Below, in pieces: positions 49,051 to 59,362 of a stretch of DNA of 64,000 nucleotides (position 1 is its first letter; each line of letters begins with the position of its first letter). This stretch comes from Gammaproteobacteria bacterium (GTDB taxonomy: Bacteria > Pseudomonadota > Gammaproteobacteria > Eutrophobiales > Eutrophobiaceae), in the NCBI GenBank assembly GCA_030829955.1, contig JAURNY010000022.1, forward strand, positions 12,332 through 76,331. Direction: 5' to 3'. The notes beneath the pieces were generated by a model that had not been told where the DNA came from, did no database searches, and saw only the letters and a program-made list of their open reading frames with translations. The position numbers and the translations under genes were made by a program.

Positions 49051-50453
49051 TGCAGGGTTTTGATAATTATTCAGCGCAAGTCCCAGTGATTCAAACACAA
49101 GTATTGCTTGTTGAAGATGAGACAGTATTTGCAAAGGCTGTTAGAAAGCATTTGCAGCGACAGGATTATCAGGTGAATGTTGCAGGAGATTTGGAAACGG
49201 CTGGAAGGTTGTTTAAAGAAAAAACGCCGGATTTAATATTGCTTGATATGCGCTTGCCAGATGGATCGGGTCTGGATTTATTAGAAGAATTTAACAACTC
49301 GAACAATAATGTACCGATAATTGTAATGTCCGCCTATGGTGAACTGGAAGATGCTGTTTCTGCGATGAAACTTGGGGCATCAGATTATTTGAAGAAACCC
49401 GTAGATCTGGATGAGTTATCTTTAAACATTCGTAAGGTTCTGGATAAGAATGAGATCTCTAAAAAGCTCACTTATTCAAACAAGCGCGAACAACACGCTG
49501 TTGAATCAGTCGAGTTTCTGGGTGATTGCAAGGCAATCAACTCAATCAGGAAGCAAGTGCAGCGTATAGCACATTTATCTCAGAAAACTTCTGTTATTCC
49601 ACCAACTGTTTTAATCCTGGGAGAAACAGGTACTGGCAAGGATGTCGTTGCCCGATTATTACATGCCAACAGTAATCGCATGGATAAACCTTTTGTGCAT
49701 GTTGATTGTGCATCACTTCCCAAAGATTTGATTGAATCAGAATTATTCGGCCATGAAAAAGGAGCATTCACAAATGCACATGTCGCTCGTACGGGGTTAA
49801 TTGAAGCTGCTGAAGATGGCGCGTTATTTCTGGATGAAATTGGTGAGTTACCTTTAGACCTGCAATCAAAATTATTAGCCGTTCTGGAACGACGGACGTT
49901 ACGTCGAGTTGGCACCACACAGGAAAGACCTGTCGCTGCATGGATAATTGCAGCAACCAATCGTGATCTAGAAAGTCTCTCTGATAGAGGTGAATTTCGT
50001 TCAGATTTGTTTTATCGATTGAATGTAATGTCACTCACCATGCCTCCTTTAAGAGAACGCGGTGATGATATTTTATTACTTGCGAACCATTTTGCTGCGC
50101 AAACAGTTCGTCGATATGGTCTGGACATTGAAGGTTTTGATAGCAGCGCCAAAGCAGCATTACTTGAGTATGACTGGCCTGGCAATGTTAGAGAGATGAA
50201 ACATTTATTAGAACGTGCTGTATTACTTAGCGGTGGAGGAAAAATAGGCCGCGACATACTGAATCTGGACATGTCAGAAAAATCATCTGGTGAATTAGCT
50301 AAACTGGATGAAGATATGACACTTGGCGATGCTGAATTACAACTAATCAAACAGGCACTGGATAGAACAAATCACAATGTATCCAAGGCTGCCAGAGAAT
50401 TAGGAATTACACGTATGGCATTACGTTATCGCATTAAGAAATATGATTTGTAA
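49050..50453 (+). CDS. sigma-54-dependent response regulator (NtrC/Fis family)
   Basis: Receiver domain (DLILLDMRLPDGSG), AAA+ domain (GETGTGKDVVA, EKGAFTNA, ESELFGHE region, LFLDEIGEL), C-terminal Fis HTH. ATG overlaps the kinase stop by 1 nt. Confidence 0.9.
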   Translation: MQGFDNYSAQVPVIQTQVLLVEDETVFAKAVRKHLQRQDYQVNVAGDLETAGRLFKEKTPDLILLDMRLPDGSGLDLLEEFNNSNNNVPIIVMSAYGELEDAVSAMKLGASDYLKKPVDLDELSLNIRKVLDKNEISKKLTYSNKREQHAVESVEFLGDCKAINSIRKQVQRIAHLSQKTSVIPPTVLILGETGTGKDVVARLLHANSNRMDKPFVHVDCASLPKDLIESELFGHEKGAFTNAHVARTGLIEAAEDGALFLDEIGELPLDLQSKLLAVLERRTLRRVGTTQERPVAAWIIAATNRDLESLSDRGEFRSDLFYRLNVMSLTMPPLRERGDDILLLANHFAAQTVRRYGLDIEGFDSSAKAALLEYDWPGNVREMKHLLERAVLLSGGGKIGRDILNLDMSEKSSGELAKLDEDMTLGDAELQLIKQALDRTNHNVSKAARELGITRMALRYRIKKYDL

Positions 50454-50456
50454 AAA

Positions 50457-51785
50457 CTAATGCAGCTTCATTCTGGGTTTATGTTTTAGCGTCAGAATAT
50501 CTGCCACTGTAAAAAGGAAGACCTGAATAAATCCGAGCACGGTAATCTGATGCATTTTGTATAAAGACTGATAGATAAATCTTGCAAGCAAACCTTCTAT
50601 CATCATGCTGGCAGCTCGTTTACCCAGTAAATTTCCCATCATATTACCGACAGTTGTATAACGACTCAGATTAATCAGGGAACCATAGTCTACATATTTA
50701 TAATCCCTGATTGGTTTATTGTTCATGATGTTGATAATCGATTTAACCAGCAGTTCCGCTTGTTGATGCGCTGCTTGCGCGCGAGGTGGAACCAGCTGAC
50801 CTTCATCCCCCATAGGGCATGCTGCGCAGTCACCAAATGCAAAAATTGATTCGTCATTTGTGGTTTGAAGATTCTTTTTCACAACAAGCTGATTAATTTT
50901 GTTAACTTCCAGTCCTTCAATTTCGGCTAAAAAATCTGGTGCCTTGATGCCCGCCGCCCAAACCTTGATTTCTGCAGGAATAAAGCCACCACCTTCGGTA
51001 TTAAAACCTTCTTTAGTCGCTTCAGTAATACGTTGACCAGTAATAACGTTAACATCAATATTCTGTAATGCCTTGGCGGTCATTTCTGATAATCGTGGTG
51101 GTAAGGCAGGCAAGATGCGGTCTGCTGCTTCGAGTATAGTAATCTTGATATCCTCATCGAGTGATAGATTCTTCATGCCAAACTCAATTAGATGTTCAAA
51201 AGCTGTATGTAATTCGGCAGATAATTCAACACCGGTCGCGCCTGCACCGGCAATTGCCGCTGTAAGTTGTCCTTCTCTTATTGGTTCGTTTTGTGTGTTG
51301 GCGCGAGTGACTGAGCGCAATAAATTTTGATGAAATACGTCAGCTTCATGTCGGGTGTCAATAAACATGCAGTGCTCTTTGATGCCCAGGATACCAAAGT
51401 CATTGGTTTGACTGCCGACAGCGATAACCAATATATCATAATTAAACTTTCGTTCAGGGATGAATTGAATACCATCTTCATCTATTGATGCAGCAATGGT
51501 AATTTCCTTTTTATTTCTATTTACGCCTGTCATGCTGCCTAGTCGGAATGTGAAATGATTCTGATGCGCAAGCGCCATATAACTCAGCTCGTCTTTATAT
51601 GAATTCAATGTTCCTGCAGCAACTTCATGTAGTAGTGGTTTCCATATATGAGTTGGCACGGCATCAACCAATGTGATTTCTGCCGTTTTCTTTTTGCCAA
51701 GTTTATTGCCAAGCTTTGCTGCTAACTCCAGACCGCCAGCACCGCCGCCAACTACGATAATTTTGAATTTATTGTTTTCCGACAT
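50457..51785 (-). CDS. ndh: type II NADH:quinone oxidoreductase
   Basis: Two GxGxxG dinucleotide folds (VVGGGAGG, IAGAGATG), FAFGDCA, and a C-terminal membrane-anchoring helix. Confidence 0.9.
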   Translation of the reverse strand: MSENNKFKIIVVGGGAGGLELAAKLGNKLGKKKTAEITLVDAVPTHIWKPLLHEVAAGTLNSYKDELSYMALAHQNHFTFRLGSMTGVNRNKKEITIAASIDEDGIQFIPERKFNYDILVIAVGSQTNDFGILGIKEHCMFIDTRHEADVFHQNLLRSVTRANTQNEPIREGQLTAAIAGAGATGVELSAELHTAFEHLIEFGMKNLSLDEDIKITILEAADRILPALPPRLSEMTAKALQNIDVNVITGQRITEATKEGFNTEGGGFIPAEIKVWAAGIKAPDFLAEIEGLEVNKINQLVVKKNLQTTNDESIFAFGDCAACPMGDEGQLVPPRAQAAHQQAELLVKSIINIMNNKPIRDYKYVDYGSLINLSRYTTVGNMMGNLLGKRAASMMIEGLLARFIYQSLYKMHQITVLGFIQVFLFTVADILTLKHKPRMKLH

Positions 51786-51907
51786 AATTAAGGTATTTAG
51801 TAAGTTTTTATGAGTTATATCAAGATATTAAACGTAAAACTAGCGTTTTTGCCGGAAACGATGAATTGCCATAAAATTAACAATCCGAAGTTAACCAAGG
51901 GAATAGC

Positions 51908-52210
51908 ATGACTGACAATACCGAAATTGAATTACAAGCAGCTGCCTTTAGAACATTGGTAGAGCATTTAAGAAAACATACCGATGTGCAAAATATTGAT
52001 TTAATGAATTTAGCCGGCTTTTGTCGTAATTGCTTGTCTAAATGGTATTTGGCAGCAGCGGAAGAAAAGGGAATGAAACTGGATTATGAGCAGGCCAGAG
52101 AAATTATCTATGGTATGCCTTATTCGGAATGGAAGGAAAAATATCAAAACGAATCAAGCGAACAACAAAAGAAAAAGTTTGCTGAGACCATGGCGCAGCA
52201 AGATCAATAA
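51908..52210 (+). CDS. DUF1244 family protein
   Basis: AAAFR.LV.HL......QNIDLMNLAGFCRNCLSKWY pattern. Confidence 0.75.
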   Translation: MTDNTEIELQAAAFRTLVEHLRKHTDVQNIDLMNLAGFCRNCLSKWYLAAAEEKGMKLDYEQAREIIYGMPYSEWKEKYQNESSEQQKKKFAETMAQQDQ

Positions 52211-53133
52211 AGTGGTGTCAGTTGATAACCTGCTGCTTGTAATTGAACCAGTAAGCCGTTTTTATCAGCTAAATGTGATGCGCCTATAGCAACAAAAGTA
52301 TTTCCATCCTCAAACGCGGTAAAGATACGCTTCATCACTTTTTCATTTCGTTCATACACAATGGCTTGCATGAATCGTTGAAAGACAGCTTCATCATGAT
52401 GAGGCTGTTGATTGAATTTATGTATGCCAAGCAAATCTCGTGCGACATATAAATCAACCAATGTTTTAGCGTCTCGAATAATTTTACTTTGATTGCATAT
52501 TGTATCTTCGAGAATAGTAATCTGATCATCGATAGATATGCTCTCCAGTGAAGCAATGATTTGTTGCATTGTCTCAAGTGATTCAATCGTTGGTCCCATC
52601 TGCAGCGCAAGGTTTAAGAGGTTCATCTCCTGAGAAATGGCACGAACAGGTTTAGGGCGACCAATCAAACTAAAAGCTGCCCAAGGTTTTAGTTGGAGAA
52701 CTTTATCTGCCGGAATACCATAATCGGTCGCAATACGGATAAGTTCATGTTGCATCTGTTCATCCAGCCACTTCTTAAGTGATGTGTTTTCGGAAAAATA
52801 CATTGCATCAAAAAATGCCTGATTTGCTTCATCGCTCGGAATCGTCTCCATTAATAATAATTTACTTTTGACTAAAGCTAATCTCACAGGTGGTGGAAAA
52901 CTGGTAACTTTATAATCCTGTGAATGAATCGTGCCAAATACATAATTGATTCTTTCATCTTTCTCGGCTTTCCATAGCAGTCCTTTTTCATGAGGGAAGT
53001 CAAAACTATCTTGAGAATCGCTGTTTTCAGGTGTGATAAGATATTCATGACATGCCGAAACAGGGTGCGTCATTACATCGGCAGTTATTGAAGCAGATAA
53101 AAAAGTAAAAAAAAGAATTAATAAAAATTTCAT
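52204..53133 (-). CDS. TraB/GumN family protein
   Basis: Signal peptide, LLWKAEKD...NYVFGTIH motif, C-terminal FVAIGA.HL.G..GL. Confidence 0.75.
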   Translation of the reverse strand: MKFLLILFFTFLSASITADVMTHPVSACHEYLITPENSDSQDSFDFPHEKGLLWKAEKDERINYVFGTIHSQDYKVTSFPPPVRLALVKSKLLLMETIPSDEANQAFFDAMYFSENTSLKKWLDEQMQHELIRIATDYGIPADKVLQLKPWAAFSLIGRPKPVRAISQEMNLLNLALQMGPTIESLETMQQIIASLESISIDDQITILEDTICNQSKIIRDAKTLVDLYVARDLLGIHKFNQQPHHDEAVFQRFMQAIVYERNEKVMKRIFTAFEDGNTFVAIGASHLADKNGLLVQLQAAGYQLTPLY

Positions 53134-53229
53134 CGCAATTTAAAAGTCAGGAAATTCTCCTGATTATATTTTGCTTTGACTGCTATATCATATTTTTATT
53201 TCTTATCTCGTAAAATTATGAATCAGTAG

Positions 53230-53391
53230 CTTGATTTTAATCAAGCTTGGAATTTGGCATTGCAAAAATATGATGGGGAAATCCTGGAAGTCGAATTCGA
53301 AGTAGAAGAGAGTGGTTTGCCAGTCTATGAATTTGATATCAAATTAAAGTCAGGCGACATCATAAAAATGGAAATAAACGCTAAAATTTGA
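53230..53391 (+). pseudogene. PepSY-domain gene remnant (no signal peptide or ATG; in-frame continuation past the TGA)
   Basis: Frame translates QAWNLALQKYDGEILEVEFEVEESGLPVYEFDIKLKSGDIIKMEINAKI*, matching the PepSY pattern A..AL....G.i.eve.e...g..vYE..i. It is bounded upstream by a TAG at 53227, and the only candidate start is a TTG at 53254. Confidence 0.35.
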
Positions 53392-53452
53392 GAAGAACAC
53401 GAATATAGCCGTCAAATCTGGCAAATAGGCTTTAAATAACAACAGTTTACGT

Positions 53453-53483
53453 TTATTATCTCGTAATATTCACGAGATAATAA
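53453..53483. promoter_or_regulatory. 12-bp perfect inverted repeat (TTATTATCTCGT-n7-ACGAGATAATAA) 8 nt upstream of the efflux operon start
   Basis: Read directly. The half-site TTATCTCGTAA recurs at 53203-53213. Confidence 0.4.
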
Positions 53484-53490
53484 CTAAACT

Positions 53491-54939
53491 GTGCATAATA
53501 ATAACTATTCTTTCGAGCAGACATTTAGTCGCCTCGTAAGATCCACGTTTCGACTGATTGCAATTTTGTCAGCTATCGTTTTAGCTGGCTGTGCAAGACA
53601 AGTTTATGAGTCAGCGCCGATTGATCCAGTCGATAATCAGCAACAACAATTTGCAATGTCACCAGACAATCTTGAGTTCGGTGCATTTCTGCAGCAAAAC
53701 ATGCCAGGGATCGAATTCCCTATATCAAGATGGGAATTATCTTCATTAACACTAGCCGCCTTATATTTTAATCCTGCTGTGAGAGTTGCTCATTCAGAGC
53801 TAGCAATTATTGATGCCGAACTGGTGATTGCTGGTCAAAAACCAAACCCCACCATCAATCTACCATTAGAATATAAAACCGAGCCGGGCGGCTCTCCCTG
53901 GCTATTTGGACTGATAGGCGATTTTGTTTTTGAACGTCCAGCAAAACGACAAGCAAAAATTGATATTGCTCAAGCTAAACGACATGCAAAGCAAATGGCG
54001 TTATTTCAGCAAAGCTGGACACTATATTCCGCCATTCATCAGGATTTTATTCATTATTTTACGCATATTGAAACACGCAAAAATTTGCTTAATCAAAAAG
54101 CACTGTTGATTGAAATTCTCGGTTTGTTGGAACAAAGAATTGAGTTTGGGCAGGCAAGTGAATTTGAATTAAGTCGTGACAGGCTTGATTTGCAGCGTAT
54201 TGAATTAATGTTGGCGAATCAGGGTTTCAATATTAACGACAGTTTCCATCTGCTGTTTTCACATACCGGATTGCTTGCACATAAAACTGTTAATAGTGAT
54301 TTCGATTTTAATGAATTAGAGAAACACTTGTTAACTAAAGATGAGTATATTACAGATTTAAATCAATCGTTATTATTTGAACGTTTTGATTTTAAAACGA
54401 TGCTCGCTGAATATCAGGTATTTGAAAATGAACTGAAACTTGAGATTGAAAAGCAATATCCGGAAATCAATTTATCTCCCGGTTTTATTTATGAGCAAGG
54501 TAATAATATCTGGCAATTAGGAGCCGCGTGGATATTACCTGCATTTCATAATAACGAGGGACAAATCAAACGTGCATTGGCTAAACGGGAAACAAAACAA
54601 CTGGAAATTCTGCAATATCAAAATCAGTTGATGCAACAGTTCGAGCGTCGTAAACAAAATTATCAAGATAAATTATCGGCTTATAACAAAAGTATAGAAT
54701 TAATTAAAACACAGCGACAACGATTTATTGAGATTGAGAAACAATATGAGCTTGGTTATCGGGACAGATTGTCTGTTATTCGAGCTAAACTGGAAGTGGA
54801 AAAAACCAAAGAGGCTATTTTTGGAATGAGTATCGCTGTAATGCAATCAGCAGTTGTGTTGGAAGACGTGATGCAAGCGCCATTGAATACAAACATTAAA
54901 CTTCAACAATGGGTTAATTCCTTAACAGAAAATCATTAG
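53491..54939 (+). CDS. TolC-family outer-membrane efflux protein (CzcC/CusC-like)
   Basis: 482 aa with lipoprotein-like signal (LAGCA) and two helical-repeat halves typical of OEP family proteins. First gene of a C-B-A ordered operon. Confidence 0.8.
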   Translation: MHNNNYSFEQTFSRLVRSTFRLIAILSAIVLAGCARQVYESAPIDPVDNQQQQFAMSPDNLEFGAFLQQNMPGIEFPISRWELSSLTLAALYFNPAVRVAHSELAIIDAELVIAGQKPNPTINLPLEYKTEPGGSPWLFGLIGDFVFERPAKRQAKIDIAQAKRHAKQMALFQQSWTLYSAIHQDFIHYFTHIETRKNLLNQKALLIEILGLLEQRIEFGQASEFELSRDRLDLQRIELMLANQGFNINDSFHLLFSHTGLLAHKTVNSDFDFNELEKHLLTKDEYITDLNQSLLFERFDFKTMLAEYQVFENELKLEIEKQYPEINLSPGFIYEQGNNIWQLGAAWILPAFHNNEGQIKRALAKRETKQLEILQYQNQLMQQFERRKQNYQDKLSAYNKSIELIKTQRQRFIEIEKQYELGYRDRLSVIRAKLEVEKTKEAIFGMSIAVMQSAVVLEDVMQAPLNTNIKLQQWVNSLTENH

Positions 54940-54944
54940 CAAAT

Positions 54945-56006
54945 ATGAAACAGTTTATAGTCATTATTTTATTATTACTGGGCGGCGGTTATTTTATCGT
55001 CAATGAATCGGGGTCGGCATTGTTTAATGAAACGGTAGAAGATCATGATGATGACGACGATGATGAGACTGGTTTAAGTAGTAAAAAACAACTGGTAGAA
55101 GGCAGTTTGAGTGTTAGCCTAAGTGATGATACGCAACGTCTAGCAGGCTTTAAAACACTTGTTGTTGAAAGCCTTACTGTGCAAAAAGAAGTACAGACCA
55201 TTGCGAATGTGATTAATATCAATTCACTTATTAAATTGAAGTTACAGTATGAAAATGCTGCAGCAAAAAGAAATGTCATAAGAACGCAGCTTAATAGTGT
55301 GTCGGCCGCATTAGAACAGTTGGAAAAATTAAATGCCAAGACAACCAATGTATCTTTAAAACAATTACAGGAAGCGCACGCCGAAAAACAACAACTTCTG
55401 GTAAGTTTAAGTGCAGAAGATACATTCCTTTCGAATCTGAAAATTGAAATGAAACAGGAATGGGGAAATGATTTGGCAGAAATAGCAATGAATTTCGATT
55501 CCGAAATATTTCAGCGGCTGTTGAACAGGCAGGAATTTTTAGTCTTGTTGACCATTAATCCCGCCGACAAAGTGACTGACTCCATGGCGATTGTGTTTGT
55601 GAATTTATTGAATGATCGATTTACTGCCAGAAAAGCTTATCTTATTTCGGTTGCGCCGTATTCGCACTCAACCTTAAATGGCGAAACCTTTTTTCTCAGA
55701 ACTGATGCCGATGGTTTAAGAGAGGGTATGCAGTTATACGCATGGATACCTTCTAATCAACGTTCTAGTACAGGCGTGTTTGTGCCAGACAATGCGGTAA
55801 TTTGGACAGATGGTTTGCCCTGGGTATATGTGCAAACAGATGCAAATACATTTCAACGTCGTAGCCTTGCTAATGCACAGGAAATTAATGAAGGATGGTT
55901 AATCAATAACGTTGTAGAAGTGGGTGAAAAAATTGTAACCAGTGGTGCGCAAACTTTATTGTCTGAAGAGTTTAAGTGGGCCATACCAGATGAAGATGAT
56001 GACTGA
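54945..56006 (+). CDS. RND efflux periplasmic adaptor (divergent MFP) with poly-Asp tract
   Basis: N-terminal TM anchor, HDDDDDDDE tract, long coiled-coil hairpin, C-terminal beta domains. Positioned between the OMF and RND genes. Confidence 0.65.
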   Translation: MKQFIVIILLLLGGGYFIVNESGSALFNETVEDHDDDDDDETGLSSKKQLVEGSLSVSLSDDTQRLAGFKTLVVESLTVQKEVQTIANVININSLIKLKLQYENAAAKRNVIRTQLNSVSAALEQLEKLNAKTTNVSLKQLQEAHAEKQQLLVSLSAEDTFLSNLKIEMKQEWGNDLAEIAMNFDSEIFQRLLNRQEFLVLLTINPADKVTDSMAIVFVNLLNDRFTARKAYLISVAPYSHSTLNGETFFLRTDADGLREGMQLYAWIPSNQRSSTGVFVPDNAVIWTDGLPWVYVQTDANTFQRRSLANAQEINEGWLINNVVEVGEKIVTSGAQTLLSEEFKWAIPDEDDD

Positions 56007-56021
56007 TACAGGTTTACCAGT

Positions 56022-59000
56022 ATGTTATCAGCACTAGTTCGTTTCTCTATCAACTTTCGTGGCGTTGTTATTGCAATCGCCACACTGGTGATGATCTATA
56101 GCATTTATCGTTTGAATCGTGCGGGTCTGGATATTTTTCCCGAGTTTTCTCCGAATCTAATCGTGGTGCAAACAGAAGCATCTGGTTATTCAACAGAACA
56201 GGTTGAAATATTGGTTACCAGACCAATCGAAAGTGTTTTATCCGGCCTGATCGGTATTGACCATGTGCGTTCAGAATCTATTCAAGGCTTATCCATCGTT
56301 AATATTTATTTCGAGGAAAACACTGATATCTATCGGAATAGACAATTGGTTACAGAAAGATTGTCTGGCTTAACCAATATATTACCCGAAGGAGTAGGGC
56401 CAGCCGTCCCCGTGCCAATGGCATCATCTTCAGCCACTATCTTAACCATGGGCGTGACTTCTGATTCAAAAAATTTGATGGAATTACGTAATATCGTCGA
56501 CTGGAATCTGGTGCCAACGATTCTAAGTGTACCAGGTGTGGCAGACGTCAATGTTTTTGGAGGGGAAGTAAAACAATTACAAATAAAAGTGCTTCCGGAA
56601 AAATTGATACGTTTTAATATCGGCGTTAATGAAGTGATTGAAGCTGCAAAACAAGCAACCGGTATATTAGGTGTCGGGTTTGTTGAAAATAGTAATCAAC
56701 GATTAACATTAAAAGTAGTTGGTTTACCTGACACCAAAGAAGAATTAGCCAAGGTCGTGCTAACAAAAGATAAGGGATTAAACATTACGTTGGGTGATGT
56801 TGCCAATATTGATTACGGGCCCGAACCACCTTTTGGTAAAGCTGCGGTGATGGGGAAGGAAGGTGTCGTGCTAATGGTTATTGGTCAGTATGGCGCGAAT
56901 ACTTTAAATGTATCGAATGCGGTTGAGCAAGCTATTAGTGGTTTAGATAATATTTTTGCAAAAAATGATATTACTTTTTATCCGACTTTATTCAGACCCG
57001 CCAATTATATAGAGCGATCTGTAAATAGTATCTTTGGACATTTACTCATTGGCGGTATGTTTGTTGTCACTGTATTGGCATTGTTTTTAGCCAATATACG
57101 TACAGCATTTATATCTGTTATGGCCATACCATTATCTTTATTAACTGCGATTCTGGTGTTGCTGGAGATGGGGGTCAATCTTAATATCATGGTGATCGGT
57201 GGGCTCGCCATTGCATTGGGTGAGGTAGTTGATGATGCCATTATTGATACTGAAAATATCTTCCGCCGTCTGAGGCAAAATCGATTGCTGGACACGCCAT
57301 TGCCATTAAAAGAGGTTGTATATAACGCATCGATGGAAGTGCGTGGTTCAGTCGTATATGCCAGTTTTATTGTGGCGCTGGTGTTTTTACCTTTATTACA
57401 TATCAGTGGTATAACCGGCAGGTTATTTGAGCCATTGGGCATGGCATATATTTTGTCAATAATGCTGTCATTGTTAGTTGCATTAACAGTAACCCCCGCC
57501 ATGTGTTATCTACTCTTAGCGAATGACAAATTAAAAGACACTGAGCCTTTTATGATTCGTGTTTTGCAGCCGCTATACGCAAGTTCGTTAAGATTAATTG
57601 CCCGCGCGCCGTATGTAATTATTACTATTTCTATCTTGTTATGTATTTTAGGTTTATCTGTTTTGCCGGGAGTAGGCGGGCAATTTATACCGAACCTTCG
57701 TGAGGGACACTATATTGTTCATACATCAAGCGTGTCCGGCACTTCATTAGAGGAATCGCTTAGAGTCGGGAACCAGTTAACCAAAGCATTTTTAGACATC
57801 CCCGGTGTTGTATCCGTATCTCAATGGGCTGGTCGTGCAGAGCGCGGTGCAGATACGTTTGGCAGTCACTATAGTGAATTCGAAGTTGATCTGGATTATG
57901 AACTATCTGGTAAGGAGCAACAGGCTGTACTTGATGAAATACGTGAGATTCTGGAAACCTATCCAGGTATTCGTTACGAAGCATATAATTTCTTATCTGA
58001 GCGTATTTACGAAACAATATCGGGTTACACGACACCAATCGTTGTTAATGTATATGGTAATGAACTTGATGCGCTTGATCGCAAGGCAACAGAAGTTGCT
58101 GCAATTATGCAGGAGATTGACGGCGCAAGAAGTGTGCAAGTGCAATCGTCCAGCGTTTCTCCGCAATTACATATCGAATTAAATCTAGACCAATTGAAAT
58201 TTCATGGCCTATCACCTGTTGAAGTGGTTAGTGTTATCAAGGCTGCTTATGAAGGTGAAGTCGTTGCTAGTTATCAAGAACAAAATCGCATTCATGATAT
58301 ATCTGTGATTTATCCGGAAGAGTTACGAGAAACACCTGAGTACGCTTCTTCCCTTTTAATTAAGTCTGCTTCAGGAAGATTGATTCCATTAGATGAGTTA
58401 GCGGATATCAAACAACAAAGTGGTCGATACAATATTTTGCATCAGGATGGACAGCGCCTGCAAAGCATTACCAGCGACGTGGTCGGTAGGGATATTGTAA
58501 GCTTTATGAATGAATTACAGGAAAAAATATTAAACAAAGTTGCCTTTAATGCCGAACTGTATCCTGAGTTTACTGGTGCAGCCATTGAACAGGCTAAGGC
58601 TAGGGAAGAACTTATTGTCTTCTCTTTAATCATTATGTCTATAGTATTAATTCTGATTTATGTTGCGATAAGAAATTTACGCCATGTATTCCTGATGCTG
58701 TTGAATTTACCATTTGCTTTAGTGGGTGGTGTTATTGCTGTGATTGTTACGGGTGCCAATTTATCAGTAGGATCATTAGTGGGGTTTGTGACGTTATTTG
58801 GGATAACGATCAGGAATTCAATTATGCTGGTATCGCATTATCAGTTTTTAATAGAAGAAGAAAAAATGCCTTGGAATATAGATGTAATGATTAAAGGGGC
58901 ACAGGAGCGATTACCATCGATATTGATGACGGCGTTAGTGACGGCTCTCGCAATGTTACCTATTGCTATTGATAGTGATAATCCTGGCAGGGAAATTATG

Positions 59001-59114
59001 GGACCAATGGCAGCAATCATTATTGGAGGATTGGCATCATCAACTATTTTAAATTTGTTGATCATGCCAGCTGTAATGTTTACATTCGGCCGATATAAGG
59101 AAACTAGCGAATAA
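56022..59114 (+). CDS. RND efflux permease, CzcA/CusA-like family
   Basis: 1030 aa, 12-TM with two large loops. TM4 region is GGLAIALGEVVDDAIIDTEN. The czcCBA gene order suggests heavy-metal type, but substrate is not assignable from sequence by eye. Confidence 0.85.
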   Translation: MLSALVRFSINFRGVVIAIATLVMIYSIYRLNRAGLDIFPEFSPNLIVVQTEASGYSTEQVEILVTRPIESVLSGLIGIDHVRSESIQGLSIVNIYFEENTDIYRNRQLVTERLSGLTNILPEGVGPAVPVPMASSSATILTMGVTSDSKNLMELRNIVDWNLVPTILSVPGVADVNVFGGEVKQLQIKVLPEKLIRFNIGVNEVIEAAKQATGILGVGFVENSNQRLTLKVVGLPDTKEELAKVVLTKDKGLNITLGDVANIDYGPEPPFGKAAVMGKEGVVLMVIGQYGANTLNVSNAVEQAISGLDNIFAKNDITFYPTLFRPANYIERSVNSIFGHLLIGGMFVVTVLALFLANIRTAFISVMAIPLSLLTAILVLLEMGVNLNIMVIGGLAIALGEVVDDAIIDTENIFRRLRQNRLLDTPLPLKEVVYNASMEVRGSVVYASFIVALVFLPLLHISGITGRLFEPLGMAYILSIMLSLLVALTVTPAMCYLLLANDKLKDTEPFMIRVLQPLYASSLRLIARAPYVIITISILLCILGLSVLPGVGGQFIPNLREGHYIVHTSSVSGTSLEESLRVGNQLTKAFLDIPGVVSVSQWAGRAERGADTFGSHYSEFEVDLDYELSGKEQQAVLDEIREILETYPGIRYEAYNFLSERIYETISGYTTPIVVNVYGNELDALDRKATEVAAIMQEIDGARSVQVQSSSVSPQLHIELNLDQLKFHGLSPVEVVSVIKAAYEGEVVASYQEQNRIHDISVIYPEELRETPEYASSLLIKSASGRLIPLDELADIKQQSGRYNILHQDGQRLQSITSDVVGRDIVSFMNELQEKILNKVAFNAELYPEFTGAAIEQAKAREELIVFSLIIMSIVLILIYVAIRNLRHVFLMLLNLPFALVGGVIAVIVTGANLSVGSLVGFVTLFGITIRNSIMLVSHYQFLIEEEKMPWNIDVMIKGAQERLPSILMTALVTALAMLPIAIDSDNPGREIMGPMAAIIIGGLASSTILNLLIMPAVMFTFGRYKETSE

Positions 59115-59362
59115 ATTACTCACTATAATTATAAAAATATTAATAACTGTTTTTTGCTAAATCCACTTTTTATCGTTGACTCCAATGTTTTTCGTGATTT
59201 GCTTCGAGTCTATCTGAGAAAGGAAATTTAAGACTTCATCAACTAAAATGTCTTATAAATCATCTCAATATCAAGATGTAGTTGAAGGTTTAGTGGCAAG
59301 AAACCAAAAGATCCAATTTTTTCAGCGATAGAAGCTATCAAGATTACAGAATCTTTACAGTC

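Noticed and set aside
59115-59362. Small ORFs and possible gene fragment between the RND permease gene and the TPR gene (e.g. MSYKSSQYQDVVEGLVARNQKIQFFQR)
   Set aside because: No SD, no recognisable motif, and very short. There is not enough evidence to call a gene or a pseudogene.
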